Source: Octopus sinensis (Eukaryota). Taken from it: a stretch of 64,000 nt of DNA. Positions 1 through 14,706 of this stretch are shown piece after piece; within the stretch, counting starts at the first letter, position 1; each line of letters begins with the position of its first letter. The notes under the pieces were generated by a model. That model searched no databases. It was not told the origin of the DNA and saw nothing but the letters and a program-made list of their open reading frames with translations. The position numbers and the translations under genes were made by a program. The stretch lies in NCBI RefSeq assembly GCF_006345805.1, contig NC_043005.1:67766001-67830000 (forward strand). Reading direction: 5' to 3'.

Positions 1-524
1 CATAATTTGGTATACGCTTTCATTCGTCAGCGACCATTATCAATAATGGCGGTTCATAAGAAGCAAGAAAAACTTCTACAATAATCTTTTGGACAAACAA
101 CATAATATAAATATAGGAATAAAGCGAAAATAAAATCTAGCATTGTAGGAAAGACTTCAGAAGATTACAAGATGGCTTGGCTATTTTAGTTTATATCTAA
201 ATATATTTTCTCATTTGCATCTTTTCTCTTCATTCATTTTTCTTCTTCATCTTCATATGATTCACTCCATCATTATTCCTCCCGTCTTGTCATCTTACAT
301 CTCAAATCTTATAATAATCAGTATATATACGGCATCTCATCTTAGCTACAAGTCCTTCAATTACATATCTTATAGATCAATCTTTCAGGTATTTCTCTCG
401 ATATCTCGACATCTCTACCATTTTTACTTTCAGTCTCACTATTTTTTTTTGTTTTTGTATCAACACAGACACAGTTACAGGCACATATATACACATAAAT
501 ATATGCGCATGCGTGTGAGTGCGC

Positions 525-910
<386 letters not shown>

Positions 911-1484
911 ACGTACATTCATAAACAAATAAATATAAAATATATATATTTACATAAATTCACACCTGTTTTGTGAGTGAGTGTGTATGTATGTGTGTGT
1001 ATTTCGGTTCAACTTGAGATCGAGCATAATCCGTTTCTTATTACTGCCATATACTTGCATGAAGTATGTCAGCTTCTCTACACTACCAGGGACCCTTAAA
1101 TCACAACCGAGCCCGTACTTTGTTTTACATTTATTTTGAGAAATGTGGTGAGGAATTTTTCAATGGGCTTATTAACAGCGGCTCTACTTTTATGCAATCG
1201 TCGTGAGTTCTTGAATTATTTTTCGGTTGTAGCTGAATCAGCACAATTTCTGCTTAAAGCCTTGAACTTTAATACTTTTTAAATCTCTCGGATTTGTCTT
1301 TGACATCCGAAACTTAATCTTTTGCGTCATTTTCTATGTGTTTTATTCTTGTATCTTTCTTTTTGTTCATATTTAAATTGTTATTGCTGCTGCTGCTCTT
1401 TAATATGCTGTCATCATCGTCATTGTTGTTTAATATGAGCGTATGCAGTTGCATCAGCTTCTGTAGTTATTATAATAGAAGGGT

Positions 1485-1490
1485 ATAATA

Positions 1491-1588
<98 letters not shown>

Positions 1589-1598
1589 AATAATAATG

Positions 1599-1661
<63 letters not shown>

Positions 1662-1717
1662 TAATAATAATGATAATAATAATGATAATAATAATAATAA
1701 TGATAATAATAATAATG

Positions 1718-1754
<37 letters not shown>

Positions 1755-1768
1755 TGATAATAATAATG

Positions 1769-1811
<43 letters not shown>

Positions 1812-1877
1812 TAATAATAATAATATAATAATAATAATAATAACAACAACAACAACAACACAACAACAACAACAACA
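1485..1877. repeat. Compound trinucleotide microsatellite (AAT)n/(GAT)n/(AAC)n
   Basis: Directly visible; source of the poly-I/poly-Y/poly-L ORFs. Confidence 0.98.
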
Positions 1878-3196
1878 ATGGTGATGAGACGAGGAAAGCT
1901 TGTCAGGACAGAAGGCATATGGTTGCCAGGTGGTGAAAGTATGAAGGCAATTTAACCTCAATCTCGCTAGGAATACTTGGGGCGGGTGGAATCAAACTCA
2001 AAGTCATGAAGGAAAAGACAAAAATATTGTCTTCAAAGCTGAATGCCAGAAACTCGCTTGCTGCTTAAATCCTGAAGTGGACAGAAGAGGAGCTAAAAGA
2101 GATGAACAGGAAGTCAAGAAAGCTCCTAACGATGCATGGAGCCCATCATCCACGTGCAGACACTGATCGCCTATACATGAAGAGAGAAAATGTAGGAAGG
2201 GGACTGATAAGTGTGGAAGACTGTGTGCGTATCGAACTCGAGACTTTAATGAGATACCTAGCCCGAAATAAAGAAACCTTGCTAGTGACAGTTAGGAACG
2301 AGGGTGTATTGAGAGCAACGAAAAAGGGAAAACAAAGAAAGAAACACAAAAAGTACATGAAGAAGAATTACGCAAGGAGGGACAACACAATCAATTCCAT
2401 GTAACCACAACAGAAGTTGCTGGGGAAAATTGGTGGGATTGGCTGATAAAAGGAACCCTAAAAAATGACACCGAGAGCACTATACTGACAGTGCAAGACC
2501 AAGCTTGGTCACGAACTAGAGGGTCAACCTTAGGAAATGAGCAGGTGTCTCCGCTGTGCCGCATCTGCAATAGAGTGGATGAAACCATTGCCCATGTCAG
2601 GAACGAAAACCCTAGAATTTCCCAAAACCACTGACACGACCAGGTAGTGAAAGTGCTATATTGGAAACTGTACGGAAAATAGGGGCTATGGAGAAGCAAG
2701 ACGTGGTACGAGCACAAACCGCAGAGAGTGGCGGAGTCAGAAACTAGCAAAATCCTCTACGATTTCCCAGTCCAAACAGATCAGGAGCTAGGGCATAACA
2801 GAGTGGTGGTGGACAAGGTGCACCACACATGCTATATAGTTGATTTTGCATGCCCCTTTGACCCACGAATAGTCAAGGAGGAAGGCGAAAAGATGGATAC
2901 AGCCCTCTTAAGTACAAAATAGCCCGGCTATGGAAATGAAGAAAGTGAAGGTAGTGCCAATTATTGTTGGACGCCTGAGAACAGTAAAAGAAGGCATCAA
3001 GAGAAATATAAATGAAATTGGAATAGACTGCCAAGTAGAACTGTTACAAAAGGTTTGCCTCCTTGGCACGGCCATAATAATCAGGAAAGTATTAGATAGC
3101 TGAAAAGAGCGAATAGCATGGTACCGTAGGCTGAGGGTAGTAAGCCCGCTACGCATGCAAGACTCCGGGAGCTCCAATGGAACCTGTGATAAAGAG
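1878..3196 (+). mobile_element. R4/Dong-clade non-LTR retrotransposon, 5'-truncated and degenerate (RT C-terminus, CCHC-like knuckle, restriction-like endonuclease, 3'UTR, (AAT)n tail)
   Basis: Manual translation across frameshifts: SKLNARN..KWTEEELKEMNRKSRKLLTMHGAHHPRADTDRLYMKRENVGRGLISVEDCV; PLCRICNRVDETIAHV; TWYEHKPQRVAESETSKILYDFPVQTD..CYIVDFACPFD; VPIIVG..LLQKVCLLGTAIIIRKVLDS* (stop 3101-3103). Flanked by AAT/AAC repeats on both sides. Confidence 0.9.
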
Positions 3197-3261
<65 letters not shown>

Positions 3262-3304
3262 AAGAAGAAGAAGAAGAGCAACAACAACAACAACAATAAT
3301 AATA

Positions 3305-4200
<896 letters not shown>

Positions 4201-4232
4201 CAATAATAATAACAATAACAATAATAATAATA

Positions 4233-4285
<53 letters not shown>

Positions 4286-4287
4286 TA

Positions 4288-4329
<42 letters not shown>

Positions 4330-4767
4330 ATGATGATGACGATGATGATGATAGTAATCCCTTCAACTATAAGCACAATGCCTGAAAATTCGGGGGAGGA
4401 GGCTAGTCAATTTCATGAAATCGACCCCGGTACTTGAATGGTGCTTATTTTATCAACCCCGAAGGATGGCAGACTAAGTCAACTAATTTGAGCTCACAAA
4501 CCCACAAACTGTGTGCGATTCCTGCTTTAATCAACTGCAGTTGTTTGTAACTCAGTTTGGTTATTTTACAATTTGCACTGCCTCAGAACGATCTGTCTTA
4601 CCCCGTATTTATATCATGACAGATGTATGACTTCAAACAGTATGGATGACCGATGATTCAAACGTAATTCGAATGCACCTATACCTGAAGAAACTCCTAG
4701 TTTCAGTCAGCTCTTATTCCCAAGGACTGAACTATGTGTTTGTGTGAGTGTATACGTGTATATATAC

Positions 4768-4805
<38 letters not shown>

Positions 4806-5499
4806 TATATATATATACGCAAATATCAAAATTGATACACTCAAGAGATTCCCAAGAATTCATTAAAGAACAGTCCCAATCACTGCTATAATCCATAACG
4901 TGCCAATTTTATGTCATTTAACACCTCACTACTTTCACGCTACCTACATTCATTCTTATTCTCCCTTCTCGTTCTTCTTCTTCTTCTTCTTCTTCTTCTT
5001 CTTCTTCTCCTTCCTAACTTTATCACTAATTTTTTTTAGAATAACACCTACGTAAATTCTATAAACAAAACATTCAAAAGAAATATTTTCATGAATTGAA
5101 CAGGGACTGCTACCATCCACTGACTATTCAAAATACTACTATCATGGCACTCCCAAATTCTTCCTCTCCTTCTTTCCCTTCTCCTCCTCCTTCTTCTTTT
5201 TCTTCTTCTTCTTCTCGAACCCACAAGAGTAAACAAGAGAGACAGAGACAGGCAGAAACAAGGACAATGCCATTTGTATTTGAGCACTATATAAATAATC
5301 TTTAAAAAAACTTTTATTTTATTTTTTCTAAATTTAATTATTTCCTTGTTACAGTTGAAAAAGTCGCAATGACTGAAACCGGTACTGAAATGTTTTTTAT
5401 AAAATTATTTTAGCATTTTCTATTTGACTTTTTTTCCATATATATATAGAAATATTGTTATTTCTAAGTCTCTCTAAAGGAGACTACGGCAGTGGTACT

Positions 5500-5720
5500 G
5501 GATATTAGTAGTTATCGCCAAGCTAATGTGGCAGTCCATAAATATAAGACGAAAGCTGCCGTTGATTAGCTCCAAGAGGCCATCACCTCTAGCTAGCTGT
5601 ATGACACACGAACCTGTGTCCATTATAACCTTCGAACAGGGGAGGTCAGCCGCTTCCCCTTGCTGGTCAAGCATCTGCAGACATGTTTCAGGGTATTTGC
5701 CCTTTATCATTGCAGAGTAG
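5500..5720. repeat. Unclassified dispersed repeat, homologous to 42390-42570
   Basis: Eye alignment (roughly two-thirds identity) with 42390-42570, including shared hairpins. Confidence 0.5.
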
Positions 5721-6539
5721 CCGAACCCAGCAGGCGTCGCTACTGACCGTCTGTTCGAAGGATTATTTACCTAAGTTCAGTGGAATATATATATATATTA
5801 CACAGAGTCACGAATTTTGCGATATAAATTTGGGTGATGGAGGTCACTAAACTCTGCTATTTTACGTATTAAGGTTCAATTGATTCTCATTATTTCATCT
5901 TGGAGAGTTGTTTAATTGACAAGTAAATGCATTACAATTACGCTCGTGATTAAAATAGATAAAATATTGCATGAATAAGCTTTGACTTTCATTCTTGTAG
6001 AGTTGGCAAAATATTAAATTAAGATTAAACACAGATCTATTCAATAAAATCCGAAATCCAGAGAAAATTATTTGTGATCAGCAGCGTTTAATCTAATCAG
6101 GAATTCATCGAAGAGTTCACTGAATTGCTGTGAGGAAAAAAGAATCTAATATTTCAAATACTTTCTCTTCTTATTCTGATATCGAATATACAGAGGTGTA
6201 ATCACATAACCGACTAAACCCACTACATGGATAAAGGTTACTCCTGTGTCAGATGAAGGCATTAATCATTTTATTTCTGGGGAGAATTTCAATGGAACAT
6301 TCAATAGTCTCTTTGTAGGAGTAATTTAGTAAGTACCGAGACGTTTTATAAGTTGGTGGGTGACAAGCAATGACGATATTGTCAAAGTAATGTTAGTCTT
6401 CGTTTATCTAATTTCACAATGTATTTATTATTTTGTCCAATTCGTGGCAACAAAATAAAATGCAAAGAACATTGCTCTATTGTTTAATACAGACATGTCT
6501 GTACAAGCAACAACGAGAAAGAATTTTTATATCTGGTGA

Positions 6540-6870
6540 TTTCCATATGCGTTCATACACTACATATATACGCATACACATGCATACATACACACACAAA
6601 CACACTCACATACGCACATATATATATACACACAAAAATACACGTTTAAATTTAGGTAGGACTTACTGAGTCATATATATATATATATGCTGTGTGTGTA
6701 CATGTATGTACGTATGTATGTATGCATATATGTATGTATATATGTTTATGTATGTATGTATGCATGTATGTATGTATGTATGTATGTACGTATGCATGTA
6801 TGTATGCATGTATGTATGTATATATGTATGTATTCATGTACGTATTATTTGCATGTGTACGCACATGTGT
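6540..6870. repeat. (CA)n/(TA)n/(TATG)n compound microsatellite
   Basis: Directly visible. Confidence 0.95.
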
Positions 6871-7059
6871 GTGCGTATTCTTTTACAGATTATAGTCATT
6901 AAACTTCGATCCTGAGGGATAGTAACTTTCAAACGCTTAGACGATCATATCGGATCTACAGCTTGTTTAAGCCTGTAGCTTATTTTAAATTTTTCAAAGC
7001 GTCAAGTTATGGGGAAAAAAAGGCAAAAAATAAAACCCGACCCCGCAACTTCATCTTTT

Positions 7060-7136
7060 ATGTAGCCAAAATCAAGAGCTTTTGCAGATATGTAGCCAAA
7101 ATCAAGAGATATGTAGCCAAAATCAAGAGCTTTTAC
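7060..7136 (+). repeat. Three tandem copies of atgtagccaaaatcaagag
   Basis: Copies at about 7060, 7090 and 7111. Confidence 0.85.
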
Positions 7137-7959
7137 AGACCCTAAAAATATGAATTGCATTTATACTTACATACATGTGTGAGAGAGAGAGACAGAGACA
7201 GACAGACAGAGAATATGCGTACATGATTATTATGCTCATCCTCTCATCTGATGATACGTTGCGGTAGAGTCATGTGAATTCTTTGGACATGTATTCTACG
7301 TTATCAGACAAGGAATGCTGTATGTATGTATGTATGTATGTATTTAGTTAGTTAGGTATGTATGTATGTATGTATGTATGTATGTATGTATGTATGTATG
7401 TATGTATGTATGTATGTATTATGCAATGTCAGAATAAAATACGGGCAGGAATATAACTAAAAATAATAAAAAGAAAATTAATTATTCCTTTTATGTTCTA
7501 ATTAATTCATTCCAAAGTAAATTATTGCAATCAAATTGTTTCCAAATACTATAATATGTATTTTAAAATGCCATCACAATCAAATTATTTCAAAATACAC
7601 TTTTACATATTCTAGAATATCCTATCATATCCCATATACATTACTACAATCAAATCCTTTCAATATTACGCATTCCAATGTATATTTTCACTTTCAAGGC
7701 ATTTCAAAATACATTGCTAAACACGCCAAAGCACATAATTACGAAAATACATGATTAAACATTCCGAAGTACACAATCACAAACCGGCTTCACTTTTGAT
7801 AGTAGATATTCATTCTATCAAACTTTAGTGGCATTTTCGTTCTTCACATGAGGAATGTGTGAATAAAAATGTTTAAAAAATGTCACAAACATCGAAATTA
7901 ACATCTACATCAAACTGATAGGCACTACTTACTATATACCCAATACCATCACAAATACT

Positions 7960-8300
7960 CCAAAACATGTATGTACTGGCTAACTATTAGAAGTCGCAAT
8001 TTTTGGACTATTGCAATATGCTTTCGTGGATATATGGCACTGCTAAGTAATATATCTTAGAGATTCTGGTCGTCTTTTGCATTTGATTACTATGTGTATT
8101 TAGAATGCCTTTCTTATTCTTTGATCCTGTCTGAAATGCTTTGATGGATAGTGGAGTATGATTCTGTCGGATAAATATTTGATTTCGGGTGGAGCATTTA
8201 TTGCTTTTTAATTACTTTCCGTCCTTCATAATTCTTGAATTCTATTGTTTTAGCACGTTTTATCTCGTTATCAGTTAGTATTGATAGGTATTGTCTATTA
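7960..8300 (-). mobile_element. Degenerate Penelope-like element, thumb/linker fragment
   Basis: Minus-strand translation QYLSILTDNEIKRAKTI ... VIKCKRRPESLRYIT resembles the PLE YP..I.RA and IK.KRQP.NLK.IL motifs; many stops. Confidence 0.5.
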
Positions 8301-9400
8301 AGTATTATTTGTTTCAATCTTGGAATCTTTTATTTCGAGTTTCAAAATTCGATACGATTGAGTGTAGTTATATATTTTTCTTTTGGTGTGTTTTGGGTGA
8401 CATTAGATATACAGTAACTTTTGTCGGTTTACAAAAGATATCGGTTCTGAGTTTTCTGTCTTTTTATGTTTGTTTTCTCCTGTACATAATCACCACTCGA
8501 AGAACGAAAATGCACCAAAGTTCGACAGAAATTTTAATACAACGAGCAAAGATATATCCTAAAGGAACTAAAATAAATGTTCTCTAAACTCTCAATCATA
8601 ACTAGAAAATTGAACAAATACAAAAATCATTCCAATGAAACCAACACAGGACATCGTCCTCAACAAGCGGGGGTAAATAAAACTCTAAAATAATTATGTA
8701 AATCCATAGCGACTGTAATGCTACGAAATCAGGAACGAAATTCTAAGCCAAAACACGAAAGCAACTGCCTACTTCAACGACAAACATAAATGTCTTTTAA
8801 ATGATATATGGAACCAAAAGCGCATGACCTGAAAATTAATCTTTAGGATCAAGTAAAAAGCCGAAATATATGGAAAATTAATTAACTGAACGGCGATCAT
8901 CTTGCCAGGAAATAACAAATTAAGACTTTTCTTAATGAACCTGAGCAAATATGAAAACTTGGAGAGGAGATGGCTGTAAAAAAAATTCAAAATAGAAATA
9001 GAACTATTAGGATTAAGAGCGAAATCCAGTGATCAAAGATTCTAATCAACTGAGGAACAGGGAAAATTTCAAAGGAAGCAGAAGGCTCACTACATTAGAA
9101 AACTGCTGATATTTGAAGAGAAAATGTGAAAATGAAGCTTTAATATTTCTTCAGAGATAGAGAAAAGTTCTAATTGGATTAGTAATTCTGAAGCTGAATT
9201 CAAAAGATAATTTTATACTGATAAAGCTAAAATATTCAAACCTTACACACGAGCGAAAAAACAAACACCAAAGATTCACACTTATAATCATTAAAGATAC
9301 GAACATATTAACAGTAATTCCAAGATAAGCAATACAAGTCCCCAGTAGAGGAACCTAAAATCTCTCTCACACAAGGTAGAATACCTCCCAAAACCGAGGA

Positions 9401-10625
9401 TTGCAAAACATACACAGGAACAGGAATCCCAAACAAGACAAGCCACAATCTGGAACGAAAAGGAATTTAGATATTAGAGTTAACTTGGCAAAAATTGAGA
9501 AAACATCGACAAATACATATAGCAAACTTGAAAGATCATTTTTTAGATATAGTCAACAGAATTCACGTCAGCAGATGGCACAAATTAAATTTGATAGACA
9601 GAAGTTAATCAATCTTTCATACAAAAATCTTTCAACAACAAATCCTTCTACTCTCAAAATGTTTAAAATTCACTCACCACCACAATATCCTGGCTTCAGT
9701 GAAATACAAGACAATACTCTTTATTTCTGTGAAAAATTATGTGTAACAGATGAATTTTTTGACAAGGAAACACTGATTTATTAAACGTATAGAATGAAAT
9801 TAGTTATAACTGAAAAGGGTAGAAACAGAACATAAGATTAATTTGGGGATTTTATAACTACCCTTCCAAATCATGAACTGCCACACTTTACATCCAAATC
9901 CCACATTAGTTGAAAAGAGTGGGAATTATCAGTGAACATAAAGACAATTACGTAATTGAAGAAGCAGATGAAAGGTTGTTGTAATTATGGAGGTTGATCT
10001 TTACAACATTGCTTTAGCCCTTCTGCAAGACACGCCTGTTATCAAAAGGTAGACGCTAAGGTGGTGAGCTGGTAGAATCGCTGGCACGTCGGAAAAATGC
10101 TTACCGGCATTTCGTCCGTCTTTACGTTCTGAGTTCAAATTCTACTGAGGTCGACTTTGCTTTTCATTCTTATTGTGTCGATAAAAGAACTACCAATTGA
10201 ACACAGGTGGATGTAATCAACATATCTCTTCCTCGAAATCGTTGGCCTTGTGCCAAAATTTGAAACTATTTTCAAAATGTAAGCACCAATAACAAACGAT
10301 GAAAACAATTCAGTACCTTCCTTCATCTACTCGCAAAAAAATTTAACAATTCGACTACCTAACAAACATTAAATGTTCGCTGTCTGTAAAACCTCAGTCT
10401 CATCATGTATAAACAATAAACAACCCATTGATTTTAAATTAAGATTAATTCTAATAGTCCCAATCAGTAAAGCGCACAATCTTAACAACTTTGTAAACAT
10501 GCTTCTGAGACCCATGCTGATGCATATGTCAAGCTTTATAAGAGATGATTTGAACCTGTTAAATCACCTGCCGAGAAAAAAAAGTTAATAAAAATGCTAT
10601 TATAATTTGATGTCAAAAGATGGGC
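9401..10625 (+). mobile_element. Degenerate Penelope-like element RT N-terminal half, interrupted by a SINE (10058-10266)
   Basis: KLINLSYKNLS..FCEKLCVTDEFFDKE (ORF 9401..9784); NYVIEEAD..VVIME (IVIKxADKGxxVVIM motif) near 9950-9990; LRLILIVP..LNNFVNMLLRPMLMHMSSFIRDDLNLLNHLP..FDV (ORF 10373..10588). May extend upstream to about 8500. Confidence 0.75.
10058..10266 (+). mobile_element. tRNA-derived SINE family A
   Basis: Head aaggtggtgagctggtagaatcg, B-box-like gagttcaaattc, core ctttcattcttattgtgtcgataaaagaactacca. Confidence 0.85.
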
Positions 10626-11232
10626 GACTTTGGCAAAAATGGTTAGGGTGAATAGAATTCAATGAGCAAGCACCTGTATACTGGAATACAGCAGTCTGGT
10701 GAGGGTCCATAATCTTGGTGGCCAGGTAATACTGGTTCTCTAGGCCTCCTTGACTGAACCTAGGGGAGGCTCTCTTGTCTCTGGAAAGCATCATCCATAA
10801 CTTTACACTTTATAAATGTGTATAGTTTTATCTCATTTCTTGTCTTTCTTTCCTTTACCCTCGTCTCTCATGTGTAAAGCCACATACCATTTTGTTAACA
10901 GTTCTGGTAATATCCTTCACATCAACCGGCCCTGCGTCAAGTAAATAAAACATTATTTTGAGAGCAGGAGAGAGAGACCCCTTACCTTTGGTGGTCAGGG
11001 TAATTTTGGATCTGTGGGGTTCCTTGATCGGCACTAGGAGGAGTTTTTCCTGCATGAGGAGGACTGCATCATTCATGTTATCACATACTTTGTACACTAT
11101 GTGTACTTTTATCGAATTTCACTATCTTTTTCATTTCTTATTCCGCATTCCCATATAAATTGTTCACTGTCCTTGTGATGTCCCCTCCACCTATGTCCCT
11201 GTGGTTAATAAAAGAAATTATTATTATTATTA

Positions 11233-11281
<49 letters not shown>

Positions 11282-11589
11282 CATTATTATTATTATTAGC
11301 TGTTGTTGTTGAAAGTATACAAGTGTTTCTCGAGAAGGCTACCCGAAAAGTTGAATTTTCACACGGTTTATCTGACGAAAGAAAATGTTTCATTTTGTAA
11401 ACAGGAAACTTGTATGTGTGTATAAGTGCCATGGGACATACGAGATAACTCAATTTGCTACGCTAGTATTAGAAAAATGAGTTTTTAAATCCATCTATTT
11501 TCTGAATGAATAGAGAAGAGGAAAATTCAATTACATATAAATATAGAGGGAAAATATAGAAGAAAATTACATAAAAATATATATGTAAG

Positions 11590-12065
11590 CGAGGACTACA
11601 CTTGAAAACGTTATGCAGTGTTCTATGGGATATAAAGGGTGCCGTATATCATGAAATGTTAAACCAAAACGAAAGTTAATGGGCAGAAGCATTGTCGTCG
11701 GTTGAATGCATGGTATAAAAAGATATGGAAAGTCGCCCTTCAGAGGTCAATCGTAAATGGATGTTGCTCTCAGAGAATAATGCAAGACCACAAATTGCCT
11801 AAGTCACATAGGAAAACATTATGACACTACAGATGAACGTTTTGCTTCATCCTCCTTACTCCCTTGACCGCTCTCCATTCGATTATCATCTTTACAGATC
11901 ACTGCACTAATTTTTTAGAGACAAAATACTTTCGCTGAGAAGAGGTTAAAAATTATATTCAATGTTTCTTTTGCTCGAAATCTGAAGATTTTCACGCCCG
12001 AGTGACCAACAATTTGCCAAATTGGTAAGATTATATTATCTATAATGAGGAGTAATATTATCTTG
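11590..12065 (+). mobile_element. Mariner transposase fossil (C-terminal DDD domain)
   Basis: Translation: VLWDIKGAVYHEML..LLSENNARPQIA..VLLHPPYSLDRSPFDYHLYRSLH..EEVKNYIQCFFCSKSEDF; matches the mariner HPPYSPDLAPSDYHLFRSL motif. Confidence 0.85.
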
Positions 12066-12126
12066 ACAGATGTATCAATTATGACCTACAAAAGATTTGT
12101 TTCTTTCCCGTCTTGAAATGCGACAG

Positions 12127-12201
<75 letters not shown>

Positions 12202-12207
12202 ATAATA

Positions 12208-12714
12208 TCGGGGTAATAAAAATTATAGAAATTTTTTACTACCAGTGGCCTAGCGTACAAGAAAATTAGTCAATAGACTATATATTATTCATATAAAATG
12301 CAGTCTACATTACAACACATTAAGAGGCTGCCATCATAGGAATCCATTACGCTAGAAAGAACAGTTGAAGTCCAAATCACTAATTAGGGATAAATTCTCG
12401 AAGGGAATGAAAAATAAAAACTTTTACCATCTAATTCCCGGACCATGGTTTCTGACTTATTTTAGTAAATAAAAATTATTATTTACCGAGGCGGAGTCTT
12501 CATCAACGGGGACGCCTTAGATTAAATATACAAACAACGAGGTCAATCCAGCATGTAACTCATTACTTGTACATATTAATTTTTTTCAAATTCACTTAAT
12601 GTGTTTTAATGTACACTGTATTTTATATGAATAATATATAGTCTATTGACTAATTTTTTCTGTACGCTAGGGAATTGGTAGTAAAAAAAAACTCTATAAA
12701 TTTTATTACCCTGA
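12208..12714. mobile_element. MITE with ~120 bp terminal inverted repeats and TA target duplication (Tc1/mariner type)
   Basis: 12208-12324 is the approximate reverse complement of 12595-12714 (TA|TCGGGGTAATAAAA ... TTTTATTACCCTGA|TA). Confidence 0.85.
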
Positions 12715-12799
12715 TATCATTTATTATGTATAATGATTTCTGGTAGATTCGTTCGAAGATTTTACCGGCATCCTCTTGCTGCCGACAAAAAGACTGCGA

Positions 12800-13160
12800 T
12801 TGCGCAGTGGATTTGAAAACAATTAAAATGTACAAGTTATTACTGAAAGGCAGGAGGAACATTCTAGTGAGGTTGAACAGCCTATAGGCCACCACAGTCC
12901 CCAGATCTCAATATTATTGAATATTTATGGTGCATTTTAGAAAAACAGGAGTCGATATCCTCCGCCATCATCACTACAAGAACTGGAGACTGTTTTAGCT
13001 GAAGAAAGGACAAAAATTCCTTTGGAAAAAATTCAAACTTTGTACGAGTCCATACCTCGTAGAATTCAAGGTGTTATAACTGCCAAAGGCGGCCCTACCG
13101 CATATTAAAATAAATTTGTTTGTAATTTTAAGGTGTTTCCATTATTTTGTTCAACCCCTG
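12800..13160 (+). mobile_element. Tc1-like transposon 3' end (transposase C-terminus plus right TIR)
   Basis: PPQSPDLNIIEYLWCILEK..PPPSSLQELETVLAEERTKIPLEKIQTLYESIPRRIQGVITAKGGPTAY*; ends ggtgtttccattattttgttcaacccctg. Confidence 0.88.
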
Positions 13161-13164
13161 GTTA

Positions 13165-13385
13165 TATGGGGGGATTCACAAAAAAAAACAAAAGACGACT
13201 ACAGGTGGTGTAGACAACAAACAGATGTATTAGTATAACGCGCAGGAAGTGAAAAAGTCTTTAACGTTTCGAGCATATGCTCTTCCACAGAAAGGAACAC
13301 AGAAAAAAACAAGGAGAAAAATAAAGAATATGTAGTGGTTAGCGATCTATCATGGCGAAGGCCGGACTGAAGGGTCACACAGGAT
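13165..13385 (-). mobile_element. PLE pseudo-LTR fragment (family P1) with hammerhead-like motif at 13258-13295
   Basis: Homologous to 30195-30420 and 61505-61645; minus strand cttt-CTGTGGA-a-gagc atat gctc-GAAACGTT-aaag; adjacent to (TA)n. Confidence 0.7.
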
Positions 13386-13393
13386 ATATATTT

Positions 13394-13436
<43 letters not shown>

Positions 13437-13547
13437 TTAGAGACAGGTGTTCACTATATAGAATACACTTCGAAGTGCACAAGAAATTTCAACTTGAGCT
13501 ACCACAGGAGCAAATGTAATGACGAGCCAGTAAGGCAAGAGTATGTA

Positions 13548-13574
13548 TATAGATAGATAGATAGATAGATAGAT

Positions 13575-13661
<87 letters not shown>

Positions 13662-13700
13662 TACACATACACACACACATATATATATACGTACACACAC
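13548..13700. repeat. (GATA)n/(CA)n microsatellite
   Basis: Directly visible. Confidence 0.97.
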
Positions 13701-13899
13701 GCGCGCGTGCGCGGTATTAATTTCTGACGAACCTGGAAGCTAATTAGCTTCTAGGCTCGTCAGGCAGAATTGTATAGATGCAGGTGTAAATCTAACAAAT
13801 TTTAAACAAGTAAGAAATTGCCGATTAAACTCAATACTATTCTTTCATAACGTCGTTCTTATTATCAGAATATTTCGTAGCCAACCTAAATGTAATATG

Positions 13900-14150
13900 C
13901 ATATGAATATTTTATAAACTTCATATAAATGTGTTTCTTAATCCTTCTGAATGGTATGCCATATAATTTGATCTTTTTATATGTGTCAAAGATATTGGTT
14001 GTGAGTATCAGAACTCATAAATACTTGTTTCTGATATTTCTCGAGTTCGATTTTTATGTTTGGATAAGAAGTTATTGTTGCATAGTTTACCAAAATATTT
14101 GGGTCATAATTTCTAATATTATTATTTTCCAGTATGACTAAGTATATTTT
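13900..14150 (-). mobile_element. Possible PLE RT C-terminal remnant
   Basis: Minus translation ..TSYPNIKIELEK..SDTHNQYL loosely resembles HPNIKFTxE..TDxxxYL; very degenerate. Confidence 0.3.
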
Positions 14151-14657
14151 AAGGATATTAATATTTTATAAAGATTGAATATGCTTTCACATACTAAACT
14201 GTTCCGGTAATCATACTGCAATGTGTTCAATGAAATTATATATATATATATAAATATAAGCGTGTGTGTATGCGTATATGTGTGTGTGTGAATACGTCTG
14301 CGTATACATATATCGATTTCTGATATTTTATTTCAAAATTTTACTAGAATTCATGATATATTGTCGCTGTTGTTGTTATTGATTTTTGTGATTTATTTTC
14401 ACAATTGATTTTGTTTTCTTCTATACAGATAATAGTTTCTCATTTTTTTTCTTGGGCGGGCATTGTTAGAGCGTCGGACAAAATGTTTCATGTCATCTCT
14501 TCTGGCTCTTTATATTCTGAGTTCAAATACCACCGTGATCGACTCTACTTTTCATCCCCTTGAAATCGATAAAATAAAATACCACTCGTCTAATCTACTA
14601 ACCCCCACCCCACCGTTAGAATTGCTAACCTTGTACTTAAATACTTAAATGAGATAT

Positions 14658-14703
<46 letters not shown>

Positions 14704-14706
<3 letters not shown>

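Noticed and set aside
1420-1961. Long ORFs of poly-I/L/Y/H, and the YLSI, VCMY and HT repeat ORFs elsewhere
   Set aside because: They are translations of tri-, tetra- and dinucleotide microsatellites with no coding signal.
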